Positions 39,675-49,895 of a stretch of 64,000 nucleotides of DNA are shown here, piece by piece; the stretch's first letter is position 1; each line of letters begins with the position of its first letter. The notes under the pieces are model-generated. The model ran no database searches. It had not been told where the DNA came from and saw only the letters and a program-made list of their open reading frames with translations. This stretch comes from Halodesulfurarchaeum sp. (GTDB taxonomy: Archaea; Halobacteriota; Halobacteria; Halobacteriales; Halobacteriaceae). The stretch is taken from contig JAXHNL010000002.1 of NCBI GenBank assembly GCA_034520565.1, positions 64,001 to 128,000 on the forward strand. The letters are read 5' to 3'. Made by a program: the position numbers and the translations under genes.

Positions 39675-40358
39675 TTATTCCCGGAAGTGCTTCTCGTCGG
39701 GGACGCCCTCCGTGCCCTCGTCGACACGATCGCACATTGCGTCGATTTCTTCGTCCGTGGGGGCCGCCACGTCGATCCTCTCACGAACGTCGGTGATCGC
39801 TTCGTCGGTCATGGCCACGGCCGCCCGATGGAACGGGGCCTCGGCGGCCGCGTTCTCGACCCGCCGACGGAACGCCGGAAGCCAATCGAGGTGGTCCGCG
39901 ACGAACTGCCGGTGTTGGGCCTCGGTCCCGTTCTCGACCAGGATCGAGGCGTACTCCAGCAGGAGCGCGAGGTGATCGGGCATGTAGGAAGCCGGGGGCG
40001 AGATGCCGATCGTCTCGAAGCGCTCGCGCATGTCAGCGGCTTGCGGGCCGTTCAGAAGGCCGTCGCTTCCCGGTCCGTCGTACCATTCCTTGTACGCCGA
40101 CTCGATGGCGGGGGCGTACGGCTGCTCGAAGGCCTCGAACAGCGAGATGTACTCGTTGTCGAAGGCCGCCGCGGTCTCCGGAACGTCCTCGACGTCAGGA
40201 CGAGGGACTAACTCGAAGTCCAGCTCCGCTTCGGTGGCGTCGATCTCCTCGTCGAGACGCCCCTCCAGTACGTCCTCGTGGAACGTTTCGTCGGGATGTT
40301 TGAAACACTCGGATAGCACCGCGTACAGCCTCGAAAGTTTGGGTTCGGATTCTGGCAT
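39675..40358 (-). CDS. TorD/DmsD family molybdoenzyme chaperone
   Basis: Y..LF, P.ESAY, PDHLAL.LEY, F...HLDWLP. Confidence 0.9.
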   Translation of the reverse strand: MPESEPKLSRLYAVLSECFKHPDETFHEDVLEGRLDEEIDATEAELDFELVPRPDVEDVPETAAAFDNEYISLFEAFEQPYAPAIESAYKEWYDGPGSDGLLNGPQAADMRERFETIGISPPASYMPDHLALLLEYASILVENGTEAQHRQFVADHLDWLPAFRRRVENAAAEAPFHRAAVAMTDEAITDVRERIDVAAPTDEEIDAMCDRVDEGTEGVPDEKHFRE

Positions 40359-40425
40359 AATTGTCGAGGAGTTCTGATCCGTCGCCGGGATCGAACGCCG
40401 GCGGGATAACCGGTCTTCGGTTCGG

Positions 40426-41373
40426 TTAGCTAACTGTCCATCGATCCACGAAGCCGTAGATGAGTGCCACGATCGCGAGCACGACCACGACCAAGGCGAC
40501 GTTGAGCCCGACCGTGTAGAGCAAGCCGATCAGACCGCCGGGAATCTCGTTCGTGGCGATGCCCTGTGCGACGCTCAGGCCGCCGGTCGGCACGGGAGAG
40601 AGTACGTATTCGAGGATGACCCCCGTCCAGGCCGCCCCGAAGAGGATCATCCCGACGATGACGCCGGTGGTCAACGCGGTCCCCGCGGTCTCCTCGGGGC
40701 AGGGTGCATCGACGTACCCGACGGATCGCTCGATCCAGCCTTCCCACTCCTCGCAGGCACGACCCAGCGTGACCGTCCCCGTGAACATCGACCGGTCGAG
40801 TGGGAACTCCTTCGCGTGAGTCATGAAGAGGTGGAAGGTTACACCCAGGAGCATCGTCACGGCCACGATGGCGTGAACGTCGCGGAAGATCAACATCGCC
40901 GGTGCCGGGGAGGCGTCCGTGATCGTGCCACCCCAGAGGACCAGCCCCGTCGCGATCATCGCCGTCGTCTCCACGATGATAATCCAGACCTCGGCCTTCT
41001 GGAGGAACGTGTACTTCCCGGACTCGGGGTGGTCTCGCCAGCCGGCGAGGTACTTCAGGTGCTCGATCGCCTCGCCGAGGTCACCGAGGCGCGGCAGCAC
41101 GTTCCGCAGCGAGCTGTGACCGGCGAGTCGGCCGAGTGCACCATACACCAGATAGAAGATCGACGTCGCGATGAGGACCGCGCCGATCAGGACGTGGACG
41201 TTGACCAGGTTCCCGTATCCGACCAGGCCGATGACCCAGCCGAGGGAATCATGGAAGGTGATCGGCAAGCCGGTCACCCAAAGCAGGAGGATCGACGCCG
41301 CGAGCAACCCGTGGACGTACACCTGAACGTCGTTGAACCGGAGGACTTCGCTCTCGGCTTCCATCGTCGACAT
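40426..41373 (-). CDS. Cytochrome b membrane anchor (FdnI/PhsC-type) with C-terminal extension
   Basis: RF....YVHG...TGL, VH, GKYT.LQK.E.W, TG..LW, RDVHA..A.......HLFM: four heme His ligands. Confidence 0.85.
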   Translation of the reverse strand: MSTMEAESEVLRFNDVQVYVHGLLAASILLLWVTGLPITFHDSLGWVIGLVGYGNLVNVHVLIGAVLIATSIFYLVYGALGRLAGHSSLRNVLPRLGDLGEAIEHLKYLAGWRDHPESGKYTFLQKAEVWIIIVETTAMIATGLVLWGGTITDASPAPAMLIFRDVHAIVAVTMLLGVTFHLFMTHAKEFPLDRSMFTGTVTLGRACEEWEGWIERSVGYVDAPCPEETAGTALTTGVIVGMILFGAAWTGVILEYVLSPVPTGGLSVAQGIATNEIPGGLIGLLYTVGLNVALVVVVLAIVALIYGFVDRWTVS

Positions 41374-41690
41374 CAGGCCTCACCTCCGTCGTCCATCAGA
41401 AGTCGCCGCCAGGTGCCAATCATCTGACCGGCAATGATCACGAAGACGAACGTGATATACACGCCCAGCAGGATCCGGACGAGATACCACGTCTCGTTGA
41501 GCCCCGTGTAGGGCACCTTCAGCCCCACGAGCCCGACGGCACTTGGCACCCATACCGGGTCCAAGGGCTGGAAATCGGAGACGAGCAGGAACGCGAAGAT
41601 GGTCCCGGCGAACGCGAAGATGAGCGCTATCCGGCCCCGCCAGGCGTCCACGGTGGGATACGTGGTAGTCGATTCGTTGCGTGTGGCCAT
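41373..41690 (-). CDS. Small two-TM membrane protein in the reductase operon
   Basis: 105 aa, two hydrophobic helices; tightly packed between the Fe-S and cytochrome b genes, stop overlapping the next start. Confidence 0.75.
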   Translation of the reverse strand: MATRNESTTTYPTVDAWRGRIALIFAFAGTIFAFLLVSDFQPLDPVWVPSAVGLVGLKVPYTGLNETWYLVRILLGVYITFVFVIIAGQMIGTWRRLLMDDGGEA

Positions 41691-41694
41691 GGGC

Positions 41695-42291
41695 TCAGTC
41701 GCTCTCGAAGGTCACTTGGGCGCCCGAGGACTCGATGATCACGTTGCCCTTCCGACTCTGGGCCTGCGCGACGGCCGAATCGGTCACCTCCTTCATGAGT
41801 TCGTCCATCGGACCAGCTTTCAGTGCATCGCCGACACAGTTGTCAACACAGTTGGGTTTGGCCCCGCCGTCCTCTTCTTTGGCTTTCGCCGGCTTCCCAT
41901 GGCCGTCGCCGGCACCTTCGCCCAGACAGAGGTGACACTTCTGCATCTTGTTGTCCCCGTCGAACTTCGGTGCGCCGTAGGGACACGCCCAGGCGCAGTA
42001 GTGACACCCGATACACTTGTCCTGGTTGACGGTGACGATACCGTCCTCGTTGCGCTTCTCGATCGCGCCGGTCGGACACACCGTTTCACACGGCGGGTCC
42101 TCACAGTGCATGCAGGCGATCGAGACCGACATCTGCTGGTAGTCGGGGAATGTCCCGTTCTCGGCGTGAACGACCCGCCGCCACTTGGCACCGTCAGCGT
42201 CGATGTCGTTTTGCACGCGACAGGCGACCGTGCAGGCGTGACAGCCGATGCATTTGTTCGCGTTGAAGTAAAAGCCCCATTGCTCGGTCAT
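41695..42291 (-). CDS. 4x[4Fe-4S] electron-transfer subunit (PhsB/PsrB/DmsB-like)
   Basis: CIGCHACTVAC, CMHCEDPPC..VCP, CIGCHYC..ACP, KCHLC, CVDNC. Confidence 0.93.
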   Translation of the reverse strand: MTEQWGFYFNANKCIGCHACTVACRVQNDIDADGAKWRRVVHAENGTFPDYQQMSVSIACMHCEDPPCETVCPTGAIEKRNEDGIVTVNQDKCIGCHYCAWACPYGAPKFDGDNKMQKCHLCLGEGAGDGHGKPAKAKEEDGGAKPNCVDNCVGDALKAGPMDELMKEVTDSAVAQAQSRKGNVIIESSGAQVTFESD

Positions 42292-44592
42292 TGGGGCTCA
42301 CCTCCGAGGCGCTCGACCTCGACAGGATGGTTCCGTGACACCATTCCGGTCGTCGGTTCCATGTGCCGTTCTCTGTTGAGTTTCATGCTGTGACCACCTT
42401 CCTCGTCCGGGTGCGGCGAGCCTTCGCCGAACCCGCTCTCTGTCACGACCCACCCTGGGCGGACCCCTTCCCAGACGTCCGCCATGAGTTCGATTTCGTC
42501 GTCCACCGACCCGACTGCCACCCAGTCGCCGTCCTCGATACCGCGCTCCTCGGCGTCCACCGGATTGATGTGGAGGTAGTTTCCACGGTAATCCTCGTCT
42601 TCGTGGCCGAACCGGGCCGCGTATTCCTCGAGTGACTGTTTCAGTGCCTGACAGTGACCACGGGATATCTGCTCGACGAACGCGTCGGTGAACAGGAGCG
42701 GATACTCCTCGGAGGTCGTTTCCCCGAAGTGCCCGTCATCGGGCGGAATCCAGGCAGGTGCTGTACTGATGCCGATATCGTCGGCCAGCGCAGCGTAGTC
42801 CTCCTTGACGTCGAGGTCGAAGTTGAACAACCCGTTGACGGTGTTGAAATCGCGGTCCTCGTACTGCCGGTAGGGGAACTCGCTGATGACCTCGTAGTTC
42901 TTCTCGTCGAGTTCGTCGAAGGTCATCCCGAGCGGCTCGAGTACGTCGTCGTAGTACGCCTCCGCGTTCTCCCAGGGGAAGTACTCGCCGTCGCCCATCT
43001 CCTCGGCGAGACCTTTGTAGATCTTGTAGTCCTGGATGCAGTCACCGAGCGGCTCGATGGCCCCCTTCGATCCGGTGACCCACCCGCTCGTGGGATATGC
43101 ACCGTCGCCACCGGCTTTGAAAATCGGCTGTTCCAATTGCGAGGCGCCGGGGAAGACCACGTCGGCCCGCTTGCTGACTCCCGTCCAGAACGCGTCGACG
43201 GTAATGACCAGATCCATCGCTTCGAGGGCATCCCACCACGCCTGCGTGTTGCCACTTTTCGGCGGTTGGGACCAGTTCATGACGACCCCCTGAATGTCGC
43301 CCCGTTCGACGGCCGTCGGAACGAAGTTGTGCGAGAGGTCCCGGATGTGGCGCTGGAACGGGTAGTCGTCGTAATCCGGTGTAGGCTTGTCCGCGTGGTT
43401 CGACGGCAGGCTCACACCTTGTTTCTCGTGGGGCTTGCCGAGGCTGAACGGTTTCGTCCACTGGCGGGTCCCACCTTTGCTGTCGATGTTGCCGACGAGC
43501 CCGTTGAGCGCGTGGATGTTCTGGGAGTTCTTGAACCCGTTCGACTGGAAGGCGATTCCCGTCCACGGGAGAGCGACACACGACGGCGCCGCTTTCGCGA
43601 ATCCGATCGCGATATCCCGAATAAGGTCGGCGTCGACGTCCGTGATTTCGGCCGCCCACTCCGGCGTTTTGTCGGCGACGGCTTCCTTGTACGCCTGGAA
43701 CCCGTGGGTCCACTCCGAGACGAAATCCTCGTCGTAGAGGTTCTCCTCGATGATGACGTTGCCCATCGCCAGGGCGAGCGCCCCGTCCGTCCGGGGTTCG
43801 ATCGGAATCCACTTGTCGGCCTTCTCGGCGGTCTTCGTATATCGCGGGTCGATACAGACCAACGTCGCGTCGTTTTCCTCCTGGGCCTTGAGGACCCCTT
43901 TCGGCTCGGCCTGTCCGCGGAAGGCCTCCATGACGTTCCGACCCCAGGCGATGATGTACTCGGAGTTCTGCCAGTCGGGCCACTCGCGACCGTACCCTGA
44001 CATCCACGCCCAGGAGTCCGAGAACGGACCGTGACAGGTGGTCTTTCGGCCCTCGGATATCGGGGTTCCGTAAATGTTCTGGAAGAGCTGGGCCTCCCAT
44101 GGGTGTTTCCCGATGGGATAGCCCTTGTACCGGAGCAGTTTCTCCGGGCCATGTTCCTCGGCGAACGTCTCGAGACGATCCGCGGTATATTCGAACGCCT
44201 CGTCCCAGTCGACGGCCGTCAATTCGCCGTCCTTCCGGACGTGTGGCCGCCGGATCCGGTTCGGGTTGTAGGTCTTGTCCAGCTGGGCCATCCCCTTCGA
44301 ACAGAGGGTGCCCTTCCGTCCCCGCTCCAACACTCGCCTTCGGATGACCGTCGACACCCGTCAGGTCGATGGCTTTTCCGTCCTCGATAGTGATTTCCTG
44401 CCCACACACTTCCCGACAGATCCAACAGTTCCCGTGAGCGACCTCCCGGCCGTCGTCGCCCTCCTGGGCCTCTGCTTCACCGGTGATCCCAGAGACGCCG
44501 ACGCCGGTCAATCCCACTGCCGCTGCTGCTCCGCCTGCTTTCAGTAGCGTCCGGCGACGAACGCCACCCTCGTTTTGTGCTGATTTAGACAT
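42288..44592 (-). CDS. Tat-exported Mo/W-bisPGD oxidoreductase catalytic subunit, thiosulfate/polysulfide reductase-like (apparent +1 frameshift near 44311-44323)
   Basis: RRRTLLK Tat motif, FS0 CWICREVC...LCSKG, RI.RP, WDEA, putative Mo ligand in KTTCHGP, IDPR.T.TA..AD.W..I.P.TD.ALALA, ADVVFP, INP.DA..RGI.DGD. Confidence 0.88.
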
Positions 44593-44841
44593 TTATGAGT
44601 TGTCTCCTGTTTCGATCGGCCGGTCGTCCCGGCCGAACTCGTTTACGACCGCTTCGTGGTACTTCTCGTGGAATTCGACTTCCGAGAGTTCCCCGTCCGA
44701 GACGCGACGAGCGTCACGGGCCATCTGACGGCCGAGGTCCTCGTCGTACGTGGACTCCCGTGTGAGTGTCCCTACCTCGTCCCGAGAGAGCGGATGGCGT
44801 CGTTCGCCCGTCCCATCTTTTTTTGTCATCTGGCCAGTCAC
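44593..44841 (-). CDS. Small DmsE-like protein (haloarchaeal 4Fe-4S ferredoxin N-terminal domain family)
   Basis: YD.DLG..MARDA.RV..GELSE.EF.EKYH..V..EFG.D.RP; GGAGG RBS upstream; first gene of the operon. Confidence 0.78.
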   Translation of the reverse strand: MTGQMTKKDGTGERRHPLSRDEVGTLTRESTYDEDLGRQMARDARRVSDGELSEVEFHEKYHEAVVNEFGRDDRPIETGDNS

Positions 44842-44902
44842 CTAGTCCGTCTGAGAGTAGTATTCGGAGGTGCCTGAGGTCGACTCTTTCACCGACAAGG
44901 AG

Positions 44903-44911
44903 TTTTTATAC
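44903..44911 (-). promoter_or_regulatory. Probable TATA box of the reductase operon
   Basis: Minus strand TATAAAAA about 60 nt upstream of the first start codon; AACATGTT palindrome just upstream. Confidence 0.55.
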
Positions 44912-44996
44912 CGCTGCTAGGCATCCACAAACATGTTGCTAGAAAACGATGTCCATTCGGGCCAAAGCAGATCCCAATCGGCGATGTGAGCTGGGG

Positions 44997-45082
44997 CTGA
45001 TCGGTCAGGTGGGGAACGGAACTGATCGCTCAGGTCAGGAACGAAACTGATCGCTCAGGTCAGAACCGGGGCTGGTCGATCA
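44997..45082. repeat. 25-bp tandem repeat, 3 copies plus a partial copy
   Basis: ctgatcggtcaggtggggaacggaa / ctgatcgctcaggtcaggaacgaaa / ctgatcgctcaggtcagaaccgggg / ctggtcgatca. Confidence 0.88.
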
Positions 45083-45084
45083 TA

Positions 45085-45654
45085 TCAGCACCCGAACAGT
45101 TGCGTGATGAGTTTCTCCTCGACCGCACCCAACCGCTGGGATAGCGCCTGCTGGGAAATGTCCAGTTGGTCGGCCAACTCCTCGAGGGACGTCTCGCGTG
45201 GGCGCTTGTAGTATCCCTCCTCGATCGCCAGTTCGACGGCCGATTGTTGCTTCTCGGTGAGCGTGGAGAGGTCGACGCGTTCGATCCGGCTTGTGAGATC
45301 CGACCCTGAACCGGTGACGATTTCCTGGAGACTCACGGCGTTTCCGACAGACTTGAGTTCCTCGATCAGTTCCTCGAGAACCGATCGGTCGGGAACGTGA
45401 GTGGTAATCGTGATGCCGGTGTCGTCGGCGTCCGTGATGTCAGCGATGCACGCGTGTTCGTGAAACACGGTGCAGGCACAATCGTCCTCGAGTGGCTGTT
45501 GGGTCTGTTCGATGACAGTTTCGCTCCGCGTGACAATGGCCTTACAGAGGCAGGTGTCTCCGGCCAGTTGTGCCTCGATGTGTTTCGGGTTGACGTCGAA
45601 CTGAACCATGGGACAGTTGCCCTTGGGCTCGATCCGAATGACGACGCGCAGCAT
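45085..45654 (-). CDS. Bat/DmsR-type HTH_10 transcriptional regulator with Cys-rich N-terminal domain
   Basis: LTEKQ..AV.LA.EEGYY.RPR.TSLEELADQLDISQQALSQRL..VE.KL; CP, CLC and CAC cysteines. Confidence 0.9.
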   Translation of the reverse strand: MLRVVIRIEPKGNCPMVQFDVNPKHIEAQLAGDTCLCKAIVTRSETVIEQTQQPLEDDCACTVFHEHACIADITDADDTGITITTHVPDRSVLEELIEELKSVGNAVSLQEIVTGSGSDLTSRIERVDLSTLTEKQQSAVELAIEEGYYKRPRETSLEELADQLDISQQALSQRLGAVEEKLITQLFGC

Positions 45655-45815
45655 TCGCTGTTCGGGGCCTGGTGGCTGTTCGGGCGGTTTCACTCGAAGA
45701 CACCCCCATTCCACGACCGGACCCCGAAGCTGCTCATTCACTCTTCAGGTACGTTACGAGGGGGTATAAGAATGGCTACATCGACTCTGCAAGTACTGCC
45801 AAAAACCGACCCGGC

Positions 45816-46442
45816 TCAGGTGGACCACTCCCGAAGGAGCCGCTTCGCCCGTTCGAGGTCCGCCCGCGTGTTGACGTTGAAAAAGGTGTGTTCGTCGGCA
45901 CTCGCCCACAGTTCCTCGCCCGCGATGGTCACCGCGTCGAGGGACAGGGCGGGTTCGATCGGCCGTTCGACCCCGGATTCGAGCGCTTCTTCGACGGCCG
46001 CGACCATCGCCCCGACCCGGTACACTGCCTGCAAGGGTTGATACCAATTCCCCTCGCCGTGCCGTGGAATCGCCACGTCGTGGCCCCTCGCTCGGTCGAA
46101 GAGTTCCGCAACGAAATCGGGATCGACGAACGGCATGTCACACGCGACGACGACGGCGTACTCCGCGTCGGTCGCCTCGAGACCCCGCCCGATCCCGTGG
46201 AGCGGGCCTGCGTCCTCCCGTTCGTCGAAGGAGAAGGTGACCGGCGGGTCATATCCGGCCATCGCCCCTTCGATGCACTCGCGTTGGGACTCACGGCAGT
46301 TGATTACGAGTTCGTCGACGACGGGTTCGATCCGGTCGGCGACGTGGCGCACCAGGGGCCGACCGCCGAGGTTCGCACAGACCTTGTCGTCCTCACCGAA
46401 CCGGGTCGATCCGCCCCCGCAGACGAGCACTCCCGCGACCAT
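45816..46442 (-). CDS. mobA: Molybdenum cofactor guanylyltransferase
   Basis: CGGGSTRFG.DK, GPL.GI..GL, VACDMP, PL.AVY, FFNVNT..DL. Confidence 0.93.
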   Translation of the reverse strand: MVAGVLVCGGGSTRFGEDDKVCANLGGRPLVRHVADRIEPVVDELVINCRESQRECIEGAMAGYDPPVTFSFDEREDAGPLHGIGRGLEATDAEYAVVVACDMPFVDPDFVAELFDRARGHDVAIPRHGEGNWYQPLQAVYRVGAMVAAVEEALESGVERPIEPALSLDAVTIAGEELWASADEHTFFNVNTRADLERAKRLLREWST

Positions 46443-46542
46443 TGCTCGGGCGTACGTCGTGCCGGTATAGGAGTCCTTGGATCGAAGGCGGCTCCGGGAA
46501 CGGCACAAACGTTCACAACGATCCAGCTCGAAGAGTCCTCGA

Positions 46543-47076
46543 ATGCACATTGCACTTCCGACCGGTGAAAATGGCGGCAAAGCGGCACCAGTATCGGAAC
46601 ATTTCGGGCGGACGGCGGGCTTTACGATCGTCGATACCGAAACGGACGAATCCGAATTCGTGGCCCACACCGGCGGCCACGGCCCGGACGCGAATCCGCC
46701 ACCGGTGACCGTCGCCGACGCCGGAGTCGAAGTAGTGATCGCGGGAAACATCGGTCGAGGAGCCGTCTCAAGACTCCGATCCGCAGGGGCCACCGTCTAT
46801 CGAGGGGCGGACGGAACCGTCAGCGAGGCGATCGAGCAGTGGCGGGACGGGGAACTCGACGAGGTGGAGACGGCGGACGTGCACGGACATGATCACGAAC
46901 ATGGGTACGATCACGAACATGAGCACGATCACGGTCATAGCCACGGAGACGGTCATGGTCACGACCACGGGGCTGGCCACGGCCACGATGGGTGTAACTG
47001 CGACGAACACGATCACAAAGCAGACGACGGGGACGAGGGCGGATCGGAGAACACAGTCCCACCGTTCGATCGCTGA
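46543..47076 (+). CDS. NifB/NifX family Fe-Mo cluster-binding protein with His-rich tail
   Basis: VSEHFGRT..F.IVD, V.VVI.G.IG.GA...L...G..VY; C-terminal HGHDHEH... tract. Confidence 0.88.
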   Translation: MHIALPTGENGGKAAPVSEHFGRTAGFTIVDTETDESEFVAHTGGHGPDANPPPVTVADAGVEVVIAGNIGRGAVSRLRSAGATVYRGADGTVSEAIEQWRDGELDEVETADVHGHDHEHGYDHEHEHDHGHSHGDGHGHDHGAGHGHDGCNCDEHDHKADDGDEGGSENTVPPFDR

Positions 47077-47106
47077 GAAACGCGGATCGATACCGGTATC
47101 GATCGC

Positions 47107-47475
47107 TCAGAACGGCGTTTCGGGTCCGGCCGTCTCTTCGCCATCGTTGTCGTAGTTCGGCACCCTGATCCCCATCGATTCGAGTTTCGCCTTCCCGGTC
47201 TCGGTGGCCTTCTCGGGGGACCACGGCGGTTCCCAGACGAGTTCGACATCGACCTCCGAAACCCCTTCGACGGCTCCTGCAGCCACGTTCACGTTCCGCT
47301 TGATGGAATCCGCGATCGGGCACCCCATACTCGTCAGGGTCATTTCGATGTGTGCCGAACCCGTATCCTCCTCGACCTCGATGGAGTACACGAGTCCGAG
47401 GTCGACGATGTTCACCGGAATCTCCGGGTCGTACACCTCCGATAACGCGTCCCGGATCTCGTCGCTGAGTGCCAT
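47107..47475 (-). CDS. Metal-sulfur cluster assembly factor (SufT/DUF59)
   Basis: V.DPEIP.NIVDLGLVY, MTLTS.GCP, LVWEPPW. Confidence 0.92.
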   Translation of the reverse strand: MALSDEIRDALSEVYDPEIPVNIVDLGLVYSIEVEEDTGSAHIEMTLTSMGCPIADSIKRNVNVAAGAVEGVSEVDVELVWEPPWSPEKATETGKAKLESMGIRVPNYDNDGEETAGPETPF

Positions 47476-47567
47476 TACCCGCCCTTGGCTACTCAGCGTC
47501 AAAAGTATTGTTCTACCCGTTCAATTCTCCCCGGTTTTCCCACACGATCCGGGCGTTTCCAGGACGG

Positions 47568-47798
47568 TTAGTTACCAGGCCCGAAAATGCCGGCCGCCTC
47601 CAATCTGGCCCGGAGGTCGTCGTCTTCGAGGTTCGCTTCCAGTTCCGCGATGTCGATGTGCTCCACGGACAGATCCTCCTCGACGGCCTCGAGAAGCTGC
47701 AACGCCGTCCTGACGTTGAACGCACACTCGTCGGTTTCACACGCTTCGAGTGAGTCTTCGAGAAGACGACGGACGGCCACGAGACTAGATTCGGTCAT
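47568..47798 (-). CDS. Small hypothetical protein
   Basis: 76 aa acidic ORF with VRTALQLL motif seen in small haloarchaeal proteins. Confidence 0.65.
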   Translation of the reverse strand: MTESSLVAVRRLLEDSLEACETDECAFNVRTALQLLEAVEEDLSVEHIDIAELEANLEDDDLRARLEAAGIFGPGN

Positions 47799-47903
47799 AC
47801 ACTCGGATAGGCAGGGACGGCCCTGAAACTTTCGCTCGCTGCCGCCCTGAGAAAATCGCGGTGGGAGACACACGTTTCAGCGTGGCAGCCGAACCGCTCG
47901 ACG

Positions 47904-48428
47904 ATGGATTTCGACGTTTCGACTGCACTCGACGCGTACGCGGAGACCCAGGGCGTACTCCCCGATCGACTCGAGACGTTCGGGACCCACTATCGCGAGC
48001 AGGGCTATCTCGACCGGGACCAACTCTACGATCTCGCCTACGCGACCTCGACCCGAAGCGCGTACCACGTCGAGACGAATCCGCCGGATCGCTGCCGGGA
48101 AGTGACCGAAAACGTGCTGAAAGTCGACGGTGATTTCTCGAAGATCCAGTTGCTAACCGGGCTCAGCGGGTTCAAGGCCCCGACCGCTTCGGCGGTGCTT
48201 GCGGCACTCGACCCAGACCGGCACGCGGTGGTCGACACCCGTGTCTGGGCCCACCTCGAACGGCTCGGCTTCCTCGACGGGCGAAAGGAATCCTTCGACG
48301 CGGCCGACTACGTCACGATGATCGAGCCGATTCGGGAACTCGCGACCGAGACGGGCTATTCCGCCGCGGAAGTCGGCTACGCGCTGTTCGCTGCGGACGT
48401 CCGAGAGCGAGACGGGACACTTCACTGA
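47904..48428 (+). CDS. Hypothetical protein with HhH-GPD-like motif
   Basis: LTGLSGFKAPTASAVL...DP..HAVVD.RV; Y..M...IR....G.S..EV..ALF. Confidence 0.7.
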   Translation: MDFDVSTALDAYAETQGVLPDRLETFGTHYREQGYLDRDQLYDLAYATSTRSAYHVETNPPDRCREVTENVLKVDGDFSKIQLLTGLSGFKAPTASAVLAALDPDRHAVVDTRVWAHLERLGFLDGRKESFDAADYVTMIEPIRELATETGYSAAEVGYALFAADVRERDGTLH

Positions 48429-48537
48429 CGAGCCTGGCCGAGTCAGGGCGGTCACGGACCAGTCTTTTCGCCATCCGAACCGGACCGCAGCCGAACTCGG
48501 GTACGCTTTTGCAGGGGCGGGACGTAGGGGGACACAC

Positions 48538-49715
48538 ATGTCGGGAAAAACACAGTACCTGGCCGAGAAAGTCGAGGAGATGCGGGAGCGGGGGAAACCT
48601 GGGACCTCCGCCAACTCGAGGGGCCATCGAAGCCGAACGTCACCGTCGAGGGTAAAGAGGCCGTCCTCCTCGCCGCGAACAACTACCTCGACCTCGCGAA
48701 CGATCCACGGGTCAAGCAGGCAGCACAGGAGGCGATCGAGGACTACGGCATGGGCGCGGGGTCGGACTGGTCGATCGCGGGGTACATGGAGATCCAGGAC
48801 GAACTCCACCGAAAGATCGCCGACTTCAAGAACACGGAGGCGGGGATCGCCTTCCAGACCGGCTTCGCCGTGAACGCCGGCGTCCTGCCCCAGTTGCTGG
48901 AAGACGGTGACGTCTACATCTCCGACGAGTTGAACCACGGCAGCATCATCGACGGAGTGCGACTCTCGCCGGCGGACGTGAAAATATATGACCACACGGA
49001 CATGGCCAGCCTCGAGGAGACCCTCGAGGCCGTCCACGGGGAGTACAACCGGATGATCATCGTGACCGACGGCGTGTTCTCGATGGACGGCGACGTCGCC
49101 CCGATGGACGAGATTCAGGAACTCGCCGAGGAATACGGCGCGATGACCTACGTCGACGACGCCCACGGCGAAGGCGTGCTCGGGGAGGGACACGGGATCG
49201 CCACCGAGTTCGACCTCGAGGAGGACATCGACTTCCAGATGGGCACGTTTTCAAAGGCAGCCGGCGCCTTCGGTGGCATGCTCGCCGGCGACGAGGAGGT
49301 CATCGAGTACGCGTACAACACCTCACGGACGTGGCTCCTGAGCGCCGGCTATCCCCCGGCGATCGCCGCAGCCAACATCAAGGCCCTCGAGATCATCGAG
49401 GACGAACCGGGACGGGTCGAGAAACTCTGGGAGAATCGGGAGTACTTCATCACCGAAATGGAGGCGATGGGCTGGGACACCGGTCGGAGCGAGACGCCGA
49501 TCGTGCCCGCCATGGTCGGGGACAGCAACAAGGCAAAGGAACTCGGCAACCGCCTCTTCGAGAACGGGATCTTCGCCCTCCCGATCGTGTTCCCGATGGT
49601 CCCACGGGGCGAGGCGCGGATCCGCAACCAGCTCAGCGCCGGCCACTCGACTGAAGATATCGACGAGGCGCTGCGGGTCTACGAGGAGGTCGGGCGGGAT
49701 CTAGATCTGATCTGA
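48538..49715 (+). CDS. kbl: Glycine C-acetyltransferase (Kbl)/AONS-family PLP enzyme (apparent -1 frameshift at G run 48590-48594)
   Basis: ANNYLDLA, SDELNHGSIIDG.RL, TDGVFSMDGD, VDDAHG, GTFSKA, FP.VPRGEARIR.QLSA.H. Confidence 0.82.
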
Positions 49716-49895
49716 GGGTGGTTCGGGGCCGTCGGTTCGGTCCGGGCTCAGATGGCGATGTGAATGTGACTTGGGTTAAACGGGAAAACATGGGCGAAAT
49801 CGGAGCAGCTGGGTGAAAGCCGGTAGCATCGAAGCGTTTGGGGTCATCGAAGTGAGGTCACTCGGCGCCAAGCAGGGGCCGAACACTCGGCCTTC

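Noticed and set aside
44997-45082. Possible CRISPR array
   Set aside because: Units are contiguous with no unique spacers, and there are no cas genes
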